A stretch of DNA of 64,000 nt from the IMG/VR virus record IMGVR_UViG_3300028772_000011, positions 1 to 64,000 of that record; one strand, 5' to 3'. The translations under genes were made by a program, and so were the position numbers. Shown piece after piece: positions 19,274-29,667 of the stretch. Origin of the DNA: a virus. The notes under the pieces are model-generated. The model saw nothing but the letters and a program-made list of their open reading frames with translations, had not been told where the DNA came from and searched no databases. How positions within the stretch are numbered: the first letter of the stretch is position 1; every line of letters starts with the position of its first letter.

Positions 19274-21528
19274 TATATATTATTTATTTCTTTATTATTT
19301 AATGTTATTACGTGGTTGTGATTTTTATAATATGGGATTGCGTTTTTCATAATATAAACATTATAAGCAGTTTCAAATCCGCCAGCATCTTCAATATTCA
19401 TATCTATTACGTGATATGAATTTGTTAATTCGATATTCATTGCATTAATATCAAAAACACTAATAATATTTCTACTTTCTGGAATTGCCAATACAAATAC
19501 ACTATTATTACTCCCAGTTTGTAAATTAATTACTTTGGCATCTTCATTAAATATTCTACCACTTAAGCCTCTAATTTCGTTTGTGGTACTTGGTACATTT
19601 TCAGTACTTCCATAAAAAATCATATTATCAAATTTTATTTCTTTTATTTGCGTTGTTCCGTTTAAATTTCTATGTGTATCAAAAATCTCAATCATATATT
19701 TTATTGATTGTAAATTTTGTAATTTAAGACTTTCATTAGTATGGTTGAATTCACTAATAGCCCCACCTAATGGGTTAATTTGGAATAAATTATTTATTTG
19801 AATCCTTGGTGAATTGTCTACATAATAGTACAATTTATAACCAGTTAATGGTTTTACTAATTCATTAATATATTTATTTAATTTAATATATGCATTAATT
19901 AATGTGTCCGTATTACCTTTTTCTCGTCGATAAATAGTTTCTGGATATGTAATTGAATTAGAATTAAGAGTCATATCTATAGTTGGTTCAATATATTTAT
20001 CTGATGTAGTGACATTGAATTCATAATTATAGTTATTTTTTATTTTACTATAATCATGTTTACCATTGAAAATCCTAAATTTTGATATTTCACCAATAAA
20101 TGATCCACTAAAATATTTTTCTATTGGTAATAAATATTGAGTTGAATAATTATTATCGAATCCAATCAAATTTGAAAGACCCTGTGTACCTCCGCCAATT
20201 GACAAATTAAAAGGTACCAATTCTTGTTTTTGGTCTCTTTCGTCTAAACTTCTAAATAAAAGTTCTGGTAAATTTTTAGATATAAATATTAATTTTCCAT
20301 TAATATAAAATTGTAAAATATAAGTTCTATTTGCATCACCACATACTGAATAATTATTCATTATCATTCTTATTGATATAGAACTCCACTCATTATCATT
20401 AATCATTTTCGGATTTGAATATTCTTCCACAACATCAAATTCTTCATCACAAGAATATATAATAGTTCTATACCCTATACTTCCATCATCTTTTACTCTA
20501 AATCCTATTTGATTATTTACAATATCATTAATAATTTTTGCTTTTAATTTTTTCTCTGGTAACTCCTCGATATTATTTACAGTATTACCAGCTAATGTTC
20601 TATTCAGTAATAAATATAGATTTGGATTATGTTTTTCGATATCAGATATAGAATATTGCTTTGATTCATTAAATGTTTTTGTATTCAATCCATTTTTACC
20701 TCTATTGAGCAATAAGAATTTATTGTCTGTTAATATCTCATAGATACCCTGTTGATTGATATTAAAATTATCATCTGTTGTTATTGTTATCCCAGTTTCT
20801 AATATTATTTCATTATTTATTGATTTTATTTCAAAATTTTCTTCTAAATCTTTATTGTATCCATACCAAAATTTATTTTCAGCTCTTAGTCCCATATAGA
20901 AAAAAAATCCTTTATTATCTGGATATTTATAATTTAACGTATTCATTAAAGGAAATGTTATAAAATCTGGCTTTATTGTAAAGTTAAATGTTATTTCATC
21001 GTTAATAATATTTGGTAATATTTGGTATTCTTCTTTTGACTTATAAACTCCCTGATAAAATCCACCATTGAAACGTATAGAGTTACCATCTTCGGTTTCG
21101 ACTAACGTTGTTGGGTAAATATATTCCCCAGTGTTTCCACTAATAGCATTTAACGTTAATCTCATATCACCAACATCAATAACATGAGAAGAGTCAGTAA
21201 TTAACTGTAATAGTTCATTAGATGTAATAGTTTTTTTATCGAATAAAATTAACCCATTATCTATTCCAGTAAATCCAATATTTTTTAATTCCAAACCTTT
21301 ATTAATCGAGCTGCTCCATTTATAGTTACCCGACCCATATATTTTATTTACGCCTATACAAGAATTATCATTAATATCAATAAATGAAATTAGATTAGAA
21401 TCATAATACGTTGTATCATCTAAAAGAGTAGAAGGGTCAACATCTTTTGATAATGTTAAGTCCCAGTACTCTGAAAGTGATAATTTTAAGTCTATTTTAT
21501 TGTTATTGTTTTCAAAAATATTTGACAT
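19273..21528 (-). CDS. Virion structural protein with LamG/ConA-like domain
   Basis: NEWSSISIR...FYINGKL...IGGG...FIGEISKFRIFN LamG-like signature; first gene of the fibre operon with a late motif upstream. Confidence 0.6.
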   Translation of the reverse strand: MSNIFENNNNKIDLKLSLSEYWDLTLSKDVDPSTLLDDTTYYDSNLISFIDINDNSCIGVNKIYGSGNYKWSSSINKGLELKNIGFTGIDNGLILFDKKTITSNELLQLITDSSHVIDVGDMRLTLNAISGNTGEYIYPTTLVETEDGNSIRFNGGFYQGVYKSKEEYQILPNIINDEITFNFTIKPDFITFPLMNTLNYKYPDNKGFFFYMGLRAENKFWYGYNKDLEENFEIKSINNEIILETGITITTDDNFNINQQGIYEILTDNKFLLLNRGKNGLNTKTFNESKQYSISDIEKHNPNLYLLLNRTLAGNTVNNIEELPEKKLKAKIINDIVNNQIGFRVKDDGSIGYRTIIYSCDEEFDVVEEYSNPKMINDNEWSSISIRMIMNNYSVCGDANRTYILQFYINGKLIFISKNLPELLFRSLDERDQKQELVPFNLSIGGGTQGLSNLIGFDNNYSTQYLLPIEKYFSGSFIGEISKFRIFNGKHDYSKIKNNYNYEFNVTTSDKYIEPTIDMTLNSNSITYPETIYRREKGNTDTLINAYIKLNKYINELVKPLTGYKLYYYVDNSPRIQINNLFQINPLGGAISEFNHTNESLKLQNLQSIKYMIEIFDTHRNLNGTTQIKEIKFDNMIFYGSTENVPSTTNEIRGLSGRIFNEDAKVINLQTGSNNSVFVLAIPESRNIISVFDINAMNIELTNSYHVIDMNIEDAGGFETAYNVYIMKNAIPYYKNHNHVITLNNKEINNI

Positions 21529-21544
21529 TAATATCTGATTTATC

Positions 21545-21552
21545 TATAAATA
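21545..21552 (-). promoter_or_regulatory. Putative late promoter TATTTATA for the fibre operon
   Basis: Minus-strand motif 16 nt before the ATG at 21528. Confidence 0.6.
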
Positions 21553-21629
21553 CAATAAAAACGTAATTTATTCGCTAAATGTAAAACATTTTTAGAAAAT
21601 CTTTATATTTATTATTAAATGAAATTATA

Positions 21630-21869
21630 ATGCGAAAAATAAAAATAACAAAATCACAACTTAATGAACTTCTAAATTCAGATCTTATGTTTTCAACCGA
21701 TTCAACAAGTGAATATGTTGGATCAACAGTTTCAACAACAGAGCCTGTAGGCGATAATAATTTTGGTAATCCATTGACAACTGATAAAAAGGCGTCCGAA
21801 ATGTCACCTTCTCCGCTTTCCAGAATGGGAAATGGTGGTGGATCGTATAATGGACCAGTAATAACATAA
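21630..21869 (+). CDS. Small putative internal head protein
   Basis: MRKIKITKSQLNELL leader; TATTTATT at 21606. Confidence 0.55.
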   Translation: MRKIKITKSQLNELLNSDLMFSTDSTSEYVGSTVSTTEPVGDNNFGNPLTTDKKASEMSPSPLSRMGNGGGSYNGPVIT

Positions 21870-21953
21870 ATAAAAAACTAAAAACAAAACAATGGAAGCA
21901 GATATAACACTTTATAAAATAAAAGGTTACGCCATAAGTTCAGATATTTAATT

Positions 21954-22487
21954 ATGTTAATATTAAAAGAAGAAAATCACAAATTAAAAGGTACAAAACA
22001 TACTCTACCAAAAAAGATAGTTGATTTGTATCATAACATTATATTGAAGTATCCACAATTCTATGCCAGTGGTGGGTTCATAAAAGCAGAGAATGTGCTC
22101 GAAAATAAAGGTATTGTGACAATGGAGTGGCTGAAAGGTATGAAATCTTTTTTTAATAAACACGTTGATAGTAACGATATTGATTACACACTTGGCGGTG
22201 GAATAGTTGTTAAAACATTTGTAGATAATAAATTGGATCAGTTAACTGCTTCAACGCCAAAAACGCGCAAGCAGCACACTAATAACCCAGTAAAACCATT
22301 AGCACTAGCAGATAATTTATCTGGACACAGAGCACAAAAATCGTCTCAAGCTCTTTCAATGGTAAATTCATTAATGAGCGATGCAATACCAAATTTAAAA
22401 TGTTCAAACACTAAAGAAATTAAAGGAAATACTATTTATATTACAGAAGAACAATTTAAAGAACTAAAAAATTACATAAAAAAATAA
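21954..22487 (+). CDS. Hypothetical phage protein (putative head-associated)
   Basis: Operon position; C-terminal IYITEEQFKEL motif. Confidence 0.55.
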   Translation: MLILKEENHKLKGTKHTLPKKIVDLYHNIILKYPQFYASGGFIKAENVLENKGIVTMEWLKGMKSFFNKHVDSNDIDYTLGGGIVVKTFVDNKLDQLTASTPKTRKQHTNNPVKPLALADNLSGHRAQKSSQALSMVNSLMSDAIPNLKCSNTKEIKGNTIYITEEQFKELKNYIKK

Positions 22488-22492
22488 ATATT

Positions 22493-22804
22493 ATGCAAAG
22501 CAATTTAGAAAAAAAAGCAATTGTAAAAAGAAACGAATTAGAGGTTAAAAATAATTTTGACCAAACTAATGAGTATAGTGATAAAAACTCAAAAAAAGGG
22601 GGAACAGGAACTGGAAGTTTAGTAGATATAAATACGCCTTATTTTGATACGAGTAGCGGAGGTAGTTCGGTAGATCAATTAGAAAGAAACAAACAAAGTT
22701 TATATACTTCACAAGGACTTACCAGATACACTTCAGAACAAGGTTATGGAGAACAAATCACTATTGATACGTCATTAAACAAAGGGCAATACTTCGCCGA
22801 ATAA
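22493..22804 (+). CDS. Hypothetical protein
   Basis: Tightly packed ORF in the + strand operon. Confidence 0.6.
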   Translation: MQSNLEKKAIVKRNELEVKNNFDQTNEYSDKNSKKGGTGTGSLVDINTPYFDTSSGGSSVDQLERNKQSLYTSQGLTRYTSEQGYGEQITIDTSLNKGQYFAE

Positions 22805-22815
22805 TATATTTATAA

Positions 22816-23610
22816 ATGAATATTTTACTCGAAATATATAATAAAATTTTTTTAACTGAGGCAATTGCAAATGTCGCAAGTGTTACTGATGCAATAAAAG
22901 GTCGATATGGTGTTACTATTAATTATAAAGGTGACCCTAAACATGGTGTAGCTCCAGGTCCTCGCACAATTCAAGTTTATGTCTATGGATTAACCAAAGC
23001 TGGTAACCCTTGTATTAGAGCATATCAACCATATGGAGATACGGCATCAAAAGTACCATCTTGGAAAATGTTTAGACTTGATAGAATAATCGCCTGGAAA
23101 CCAACATTTGCTATATTTAATAAACCAGCGCCGCTTTTTAATCCAAACGGTGATAAATCAATGTCTGTTGTTTATACAATTATTAATTTTAATAAGAAAA
23201 CATCACCAAACGAGGTCGATGGTCCAAGACAAAGCTACAAGCCAGTAGGTAAACTACCAAATATAGATAAAATATTAGCGGATAGGGAAGCTGAAAAAAG
23301 AAAAGGGTCGCAATACAATAAATTGGTTAATACACCAAGACTAAAATCATCTGTTCCTCCTGAATACCAAGACACTATCGAACCGAATGTAGAAGAACCA
23401 AAACCTGAAGCTCAAAGTCCAATTCAGAATACAAATTTACCAGAACCTAGAATAGGTGATGAGGAAATTACAGATGTAGAGCCAGAAAAATCAGATGCTG
23501 ATACATTTAAAACAGATGGGGATATTGAACTACAAAAATTTAGAGATTTAAATAAAAGATTAGATAATTCACCTATTATGGATTTATCAAACAGACGTTT
23601 TAAAAAATAA
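22816..23610 (+). CDS. WYL-domain protein with low-complexity tail
   Basis: AIKGRYGVTINY...RTIQVYVYG...IRAY...WKMFRLDRI is a WYL-domain pattern. Confidence 0.7.
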   Translation: MNILLEIYNKIFLTEAIANVASVTDAIKGRYGVTINYKGDPKHGVAPGPRTIQVYVYGLTKAGNPCIRAYQPYGDTASKVPSWKMFRLDRIIAWKPTFAIFNKPAPLFNPNGDKSMSVVYTIINFNKKTSPNEVDGPRQSYKPVGKLPNIDKILADREAEKRKGSQYNKLVNTPRLKSSVPPEYQDTIEPNVEEPKPEAQSPIQNTNLPEPRIGDEEITDVEPEKSDADTFKTDGDIELQKFRDLNKRLDNSPIMDLSNRRFKK

Positions 23611-23682
23611 TAGTTTAAACACAAATAAAAATAACTACAATATTATTAAAAGAATAATAATATTTAATAAAAATAATAAATT

Positions 23683-24285
23683 ATGCCATTACCAGAAGGA
23701 ATATTTAATTCATTTAAAGAAAATCCAGGTTCGGATTTAGACGCAACAACAGGCCTTAGCGTATTAGATACATTAAATGAAAATTCACCATTATTTAAAG
23801 CGCTTGGAAAGTCACGAAAAATGATATCCAGCCAAGTTCTACCAGAACAAAGTTCATTTTCAGTAAAATCCAGTTATGAAACAAATGATTCAACATCAAA
23901 TGAAAATCATAATGATGGTGAAAAAGAAATACCAACAACTGAAGAATTACTTAGAAGAATACAAAGTGGGCGACCAACTTTAAATGAAGTAGCCCCAGTT
24001 AGAACACAGCCAATTCAACAATATACACAGCCACAACAAACATTTCCATCTATTCAACCATCAGCATCTCCAGTAATTGATTATAGTCTTATAAATTCAA
24101 TGCTTAAATCAATTATAGAAGAACAAATGAAAGGGTTAAAATCCCAAATACTAACCGAGAGTAAAAAGTCTACAACCAGTGAGGCCGCATATTTTACAGT
24201 CGGTGGTAATAGTATTAAATTTGTTGATAAAAAGGGTAACGTATTTGAAGGTAGGCTTAAATTAATTGGAAACGCTAACGATTAA
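23683..24285 (+). CDS. Hypothetical protein
   Basis: ORF followed by a terminator. Confidence 0.6.
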   Translation: MPLPEGIFNSFKENPGSDLDATTGLSVLDTLNENSPLFKALGKSRKMISSQVLPEQSSFSVKSSYETNDSTSNENHNDGEKEIPTTEELLRRIQSGRPTLNEVAPVRTQPIQQYTQPQQTFPSIQPSASPVIDYSLINSMLKSIIEEQMKGLKSQILTESKKSTTSEAAYFTVGGNSIKFVDKKGNVFEGRLKLIGNAND

Positions 24286-24305
24286 TAAATTTATTATAAA
24301 AATAT

Positions 24306-24339
24306 AAAAATCCGATTCATTAAATTGAATCGGATTTTT
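24306..24339 (+). terminator. Intrinsic terminator
   Basis: AAAAATCCGATTCA-TTAAAT-TGAATCGGATTTTT. Confidence 0.8.
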
Positions 24340-24398
24340 TGTTTAAATATATAAAAATTAATAATAAAATCTATACTATTATTAAAGATTATAATATT

Positions 24399-25637
24399 AT
24401 GTCAGAAAAAATTAAAGTACTTGTAGTTATACCAAACAGAGGAGGTGTTGGATTTTTCCGTTCAATTAGACCACATTCTTACTTAGATGAATTCTATTCA
24501 GATGAATTTGAATTGACAATGATTAATACATCCCAATTTGATTTTAAAGATGTTGATTTTGGATTGGACTTCGATATTGTACACTTCCATGTTACCGTAG
24601 GTCTAAATTATGAGATATGGAATGCAAAAATGAAGCAATTACAATTTGCTGGTGTTAAAATGATTTGTGATCTTGATGATATATGGGAATTACCAAAAGG
24701 ATTTCCAAATTATTATGAATATAAAAATGGAATAGCTGAAAAAATTAAAACAAATATCAAGTTGTCGGACCATATCATTACAACTACTGAAATTTTTGCG
24801 ACTGAAATTAGGAAATTAAATAAAAACGTTACGGTAATTCCAAATGCGATTGATATAAGAGAAAAACAATTTAAGGCTAGTGAGTCTAAATCTGACAGAT
24901 TGCGTATTGGTATAATTTGTGGTGCCAGTCATGAACAAGATGTAAATATATTATCTGGGGTGGTTAATATGCTAAAACCAGAGTTAGATAGAATACAATT
25001 TGTGCTTTGTGGTTTTGATTTAAATGGAAAAATTACTTATTTAGATAAAGAAGATGGTCAAATTAAAGAAAGGCAACGACTTCCACAAGAAACCGTATGG
25101 TATACATATGAACAAATATTAACTGATAATTATTCAGATGAAGTTCTCCCTAAAGAATATATAAAATACTTAATGGAATTCAACTCATTAAAACCATACC
25201 CAGATGAAGATAATATGCCATATAAACGGTGCTGGACAAAACCAGTATCAACATATGGATCTCATTACGATAATATTGATGTTTTATTAGTACCACTTGT
25301 TTCGAATAAATTTAATATTTGTAAATCACAATTAAAGGTTGTTGAGTCCGCATTCTGTGGTAAAAATATTATCGCATCTAATATTGGGCCATATACCATT
25401 GATTTAAAATCAGCATATTTGAAAGGTGGTATTTTTGATAAAACAGGTAATAGTCTTTTAATTGACGATGAAAAGCCAGCAAAAGACTGGGTTAAAGCTA
25501 TTAAATTCTTATTAAACAACCCAGAACACAGGGAAACAATGAAAAATAACTTAGTAAATGATATTACTACTAAATATAGCCTTAGTGAAGTTACAAAAAC
25601 CAGAGTGGAATTATATAAAAAATTAGGTAAAAAATGA
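24399..25637 (+). CDS. Glycosyltransferase, GT-B fold (GT4-like); start re-assigned to the ATG at 24399
   Basis: GGVGFFRSIRPH, DLDDIW, VIPNAID, DVLLVPL..NKFNICKSQLKVVE, IASNIGPY. The TTG start at 24339 lies in the terminator tail. Confidence 0.8.
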   Translation: MSEKIKVLVVIPNRGGVGFFRSIRPHSYLDEFYSDEFELTMINTSQFDFKDVDFGLDFDIVHFHVTVGLNYEIWNAKMKQLQFAGVKMICDLDDIWELPKGFPNYYEYKNGIAEKIKTNIKLSDHIITTTEIFATEIRKLNKNVTVIPNAIDIREKQFKASESKSDRLRIGIICGASHEQDVNILSGVVNMLKPELDRIQFVLCGFDLNGKITYLDKEDGQIKERQRLPQETVWYTYEQILTDNYSDEVLPKEYIKYLMEFNSLKPYPDEDNMPYKRCWTKPVSTYGSHYDNIDVLLVPLVSNKFNICKSQLKVVESAFCGKNIIASNIGPYTIDLKSAYLKGGIFDKTGNSLLIDDEKPAKDWVKAIKFLLNNPEHRETMKNNLVNDITTKYSLSEVTKTRVELYKKLGKK

Positions 25638-27127
25638 TAAGTATAGTAGTATCAACAAGAAAAATAGATGAAAATTTTAACCTAATGCTTTTAAAGAGTG
25701 TTGGTTTAAAAGATGTACAATTACTTGTATATACAAATAATGGTGAGAAAAGTTTAACAGAAATATACAATGAGGGATTAAAAGATTCCATATACGATAC
25801 GGTTTGTTTTTGTCATGATGATATAGTTTTAGATAATGGGTGGGGTAAAAAACTATTAAGTCATTATGAAAAGTCAGATTATGGTATTTTAGGTGTTGCT
25901 GGGAGTAGAGAATTAAATGATGGTCGTTGGTGGTCAAACAAATCTACAACCTATGGTGTGGTTAGACATACCGATGGTGAAAAAACCTGGACATCTGAAT
26001 TCAGTAGAAATCTTGGTAATAATATTCAGGAAGTATGTTGTGTTGATGGGGTATTTTTTAGTGTAATGAAATCAAGGATTAAAACAGGCTTCAATGAAGG
26101 GTATAAAGAATTTCATTTTTACGATATTTCATTTTGTGTTTCTAACTTCATACAAGGGATTAAAATTGGTGTTCATACAAATATATTACTAACACATAAA
26201 AGTGTCGGTAAAACGAACGAAACGTGGGAAATCAATAGATTAAAACTAATAGAGGAGTATAAAGAATACCTACCCTTAGAGGTAGAATTAGAAGTCCCTT
26301 ATTTAGATTTAAATATCAGGGTAAATGAAGAACCAAATCTTGCTATAATTATACCAACTAAAGATAATGTTGACGAACTACTTATTCCTTGTTTAAATAG
26401 TATTATTAAAACAACAAAATATACTAATTATACTATCTATGTAGCCGATACAGGAAGTAATGAAGAAGAATTAATAAAATTAAAAGATTATATTTCAAAA
26501 GTTAATGAAGAATATGAAATTATTAAATTAATTGAATATGACTTTTATAATTTTGCTAAAATCAATAACGACGTTATTAATTATAAAATTGAAGTAGATA
26601 CAGAGTTATTGTTATTTTGTAATAATGATATAGAAATTGTTAACGATGCAATTTCATTATTAGTTGAAACATATATAAGCAATAAAAAAGACTGTGGAAC
26701 TATTGGCTGTAGACTACATTATGAAATAGGTACAATTCAACATATGGGTATTATTATTCAAGAGAGTAAAGATAATAATATTAATATTACCCATAAATTT
26801 TTAGGATGGGATTATAAAAATGCTATGGTATTAAATCCTATTGTGAGGACGCATGGAAATACAGCAGCATTCATGCTTGTATCAAAATATCTATTTGATG
26901 AAGTTGGTGGTTTTAACGAGGCATATAAAGAATGCTTCGAAGATGTTGAATTTAATTTACAATGCTTTTTAAAGGGAAAAAGAAATTTAACGAATTCAAA
27001 TGGTGTTTGTTATCATTTTGAATCACAAACAAGAGGAAAAACTGTAGATCAAGAAGATGTAACTAAAATTCTTGAATTTATTAATAAACATGAATCAATC
27101 AAAAATACATTTTATAAATTAAATTAA
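25634..27127 (+). CDS. Two-domain GT-A (GT2-like) glycosyltransferase
   Basis: N-domain YNEG..FCHDDI..GVAG..VDGVF..FHFYD; C-domain IIIPTKD..LLFCNNDI..GGFNE..FEDVEF..HFESQTRG. Confidence 0.85.
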   Translation: MISIVVSTRKIDENFNLMLLKSVGLKDVQLLVYTNNGEKSLTEIYNEGLKDSIYDTVCFCHDDIVLDNGWGKKLLSHYEKSDYGILGVAGSRELNDGRWWSNKSTTYGVVRHTDGEKTWTSEFSRNLGNNIQEVCCVDGVFFSVMKSRIKTGFNEGYKEFHFYDISFCVSNFIQGIKIGVHTNILLTHKSVGKTNETWEINRLKLIEEYKEYLPLEVELEVPYLDLNIRVNEEPNLAIIIPTKDNVDELLIPCLNSIIKTTKYTNYTIYVADTGSNEEELIKLKDYISKVNEEYEIIKLIEYDFYNFAKINNDVINYKIEVDTELLLFCNNDIEIVNDAISLLVETYISNKKDCGTIGCRLHYEIGTIQHMGIIIQESKDNNINITHKFLGWDYKNAMVLNPIVRTHGNTAAFMLVSKYLFDEVGGFNEAYKECFEDVEFNLQCFLKGKRNLTNSNGVCYHFESQTRGKTVDQEDVTKILEFINKHESIKNTFYKLN

Positions 27128-27131
27128 AAAC

Positions 27132-27668
27132 ATGGAAAAAAAAATAAAAAAAGACACAAAAAAAGTGGTTAAAAAGATATCAGTACTGAAAGACATGAAT
27201 GCTGTTTCACCAATGGGAAAACCATCAGGTAAAATATTTTTTATTGAACCGATAGCTGCACCCTTAGAAAATATAGTACAACTTCCAGACGAAACAGACA
27301 TAATTAAATCAGAACCAATCAAAATAGAAGGTAAGTGGGGAAGAGAAGATGAGGATATTACTGGTATTAATTTACTAAATAATAAACTTGATAAAATTAT
27401 TGGGTTCTTAAATTCTATAGAATCAGAGTTAATTGAATTTAATACTATTTCAAAACATGACACATTATCAGTAGATGAAACCACAAGTTCAATAGAAGAT
27501 TTATCTTTAGAAACATTATTTTTATTACAAAAACATGCTGGTGACATAATTCAAAGAAACAATTATCCAGAAGGTAGATATTCTATTGAAATGATTGCAG
27601 CGCAACAACGATTTGAAAAACTCACATCAATGATTACTGAAAAATTAAATGGATATTCATGGGATTAA
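27132..27668 (+). CDS. Hypothetical protein
   Basis: Co-oriented, tightly packed ORF. Confidence 0.55.
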   Translation: MEKKIKKDTKKVVKKISVLKDMNAVSPMGKPSGKIFFIEPIAAPLENIVQLPDETDIIKSEPIKIEGKWGREDEDITGINLLNNKLDKIIGFLNSIESELIEFNTISKHDTLSVDETTSSIEDLSLETLFLLQKHAGDIIQRNNYPEGRYSIEMIAAQQRFEKLTSMITEKLNGYSWD

Positions 27669-28573
27669 TATCAAAACTAAAAATATTATTTAGAAATGCG
27701 ATAGTTTCATTTGCTTTCGGACTAAAAAATACCGAATCCAATATGTTTAGTCAAAAAACGGAATCATCGGAATCAAACTCCTTAGAACAGCAGCAAACAG
27801 CGAATACACTAGCTGAAGCTTTATTAAAAGGTGAAATAACAGAAGAAGTTGAGTTATTGAGAGACAGGATGTATTATGTTGCTGAAGAATCGAAAAAGTT
27901 TAAATTATCTTTATCTAATATCATTGTAGATCACACAACAGGTGAAGTTACGAGTGGTGATTTAAAAACAGAAAAGAAATCAATGATTGTTGGAAAACCA
28001 AAGGTATATGAAGATGATTATAAGTTAGTTATTGCAATGGAAACACCAATGATTATAAATAACTTACTGGATACTATGAATGCAATTAGTGGCTCAGAAT
28101 TAGAAAAAGTTGAGAGTGCATTACATTTTACCTATAATTGTATTGAAAAATATAGACTTCATCGATATATCAGAAGAACCGTAGTGCGAAAAAAAGATGA
28201 GGATTATCTTATTGATTTTTACATCCCAAAAATTTACGTTAAAGTTGAAAATTTTGAATCTGCATTCAATACTGAAATTAATAGAGTGAAGGAAAAAAAA
28301 TTAAAACATATTAATTTAGAATTTGAAACAATACAATTCATTTCCGATGATGCGTATGGTGTAGAGGACTTAAATGAATTTAAATTTGAAATGATTGAGT
28401 TTAAAGAAATCAATGACTTTAATGATTTTAATATTATAACATATAAGGTAAAACCAATCATTTACCAATTTAAAGTTACGGATAAATATATCAAACAAGA
28501 ACTTAGAGATAAATATGCAAGAAAAGAAAAAAGAGACCTAAAATTAACTGCCGACTTTTCAGAAGGTTTATGA
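27659..28573 (+). CDS. Hypothetical protein
   Basis: 304 aa ORF overlapping the previous stop and followed by a terminator. Confidence 0.6.
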   Translation: MGLISKLKILFRNAIVSFAFGLKNTESNMFSQKTESSESNSLEQQQTANTLAEALLKGEITEEVELLRDRMYYVAEESKKFKLSLSNIIVDHTTGEVTSGDLKTEKKSMIVGKPKVYEDDYKLVIAMETPMIINNLLDTMNAISGSELEKVESALHFTYNCIEKYRLHRYIRRTVVRKKDEDYLIDFYIPKIYVKVENFESAFNTEINRVKEKKLKHINLEFETIQFISDDAYGVEDLNEFKFEMIEFKEINDFNDFNIITYKVKPIIYQFKVTDKYIKQELRDKYARKEKRDLKLTADFSEGL

Positions 28574-28592
28574 TTTTAATTATTTAATTTTA

Positions 28593-28623
28593 AGAGCAGC
28601 CAAAACTAACGGTTGCTTTTTTT
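28593..28623 (+). terminator. Intrinsic terminator
   Basis: AGAGCAGCC-N9-GGTTGCTTT hairpin (with G-U pairs) followed by a T tract. Confidence 0.6.
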
Positions 28624-28690
28624 GTGTTATTAATATAATTATTTAAAAATTAATTAAAAAATCTATAATATTATTAAAAGAGTATAAATT

Positions 28691-29287
28691 ATGAAAATTG
28701 CAATTGATTTAAACGATGTATATAGAGCTTACACTTCACAATTTGCTATGTATTATAAAAAAGTAGTTGATCGTTCTTTTGATATTGATAACGTAGATAT
28801 TTGGACAAACGATTTAAAACAAATATTCCCATTTGAGTCAACTGATCAATATTTAGATTTTTTATATAATGACTGTCCTATCGAAATATTTGGAAGCGCA
28901 CAAGCAATGGAACGAAATTTATCAAATAGGTTTGTTAATTGGCTAAAAGAATTAAATGATCTCGATGAAATTCCAGAAGTATGTATTGTATCAACTAAAG
29001 AATATGATAAATCAATCGGTGCTTCATTATTTTTTATAGGTAAAAACGCTGTTCCAATTAGAGAAATACATTTAGTATTAGGTGAAGATTTAGTGTGGGA
29101 CAAATGCGATATTTTAATTACGGCAAATCCAATTTTATTAGATTACGTCCCAGAAGGGAAAATAGTCGTTAAAATAAATGCAAGTTATAATGAAGAAAAT
29201 AAGGCTTATTTCGTTTTTGATTCTTTTATGGAATTTTTAAACGATGGTGAAATTATTGAAAAATTAAATAAAAAATTAAATAATTAA
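28691..29287 (+). CDS. HAD-superfamily 5'-nucleotidase-like protein (NT5C-like), degenerate motif I
   Basis: MKIAIDLNDV start, CDILITANP, and VKINASYN at the C-terminus. Confidence 0.55.
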   Translation: MKIAIDLNDVYRAYTSQFAMYYKKVVDRSFDIDNVDIWTNDLKQIFPFESTDQYLDFLYNDCPIEIFGSAQAMERNLSNRFVNWLKELNDLDEIPEVCIVSTKEYDKSIGASLFFIGKNAVPIREIHLVLGEDLVWDKCDILITANPILLDYVPEGKIVVKINASYNEENKAYFVFDSFMEFLNDGEIIEKLNKKLNN

Positions 29288-29290
29288 AAA

Positions 29291-29665
29291 ATGATTGAAA
29301 TTGAATCAGGACATTATTATTATTTTGACCTAAATAAAATTAACGATTGGATTTTTAACAACCAATCAGATATAAATTTTATTGAAACTAAAGAATATAC
29401 TTACACAAAAGAAAATGGGGGCATTGGTACAGAAATAAGTCATAATGAAAATAATACATCAAAGCAGATGTATTCAAATACAAGGTTTGAGTTGTTGACT
29501 GACATGCTTAATTCACTATTTACCTTAACTTCAGAAAGCGACAACAATGGTGTTAAATTTATACAAAATACAGAAGATTTAGGTATTGGAAATAAAATTA
29601 TTTTTAATACACTAATAGAAAATGAATTTGTAGTTGATAAATTAGGCTCAAAAAAGAAAAAGTAA
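29291..29665 (+). CDS. Hypothetical protein
   Basis: Operon-packed ORF. Confidence 0.55.
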   Translation: MIEIESGHYYYFDLNKINDWIFNNQSDINFIETKEYTYTKENGGIGTEISHNENNTSKQMYSNTRFELLTDMLNSLFTLTSESDNNGVKFIQNTEDLGIGNKIIFNTLIENEFVVDKLGSKKKK

Positions 29666-29667
29666 AT

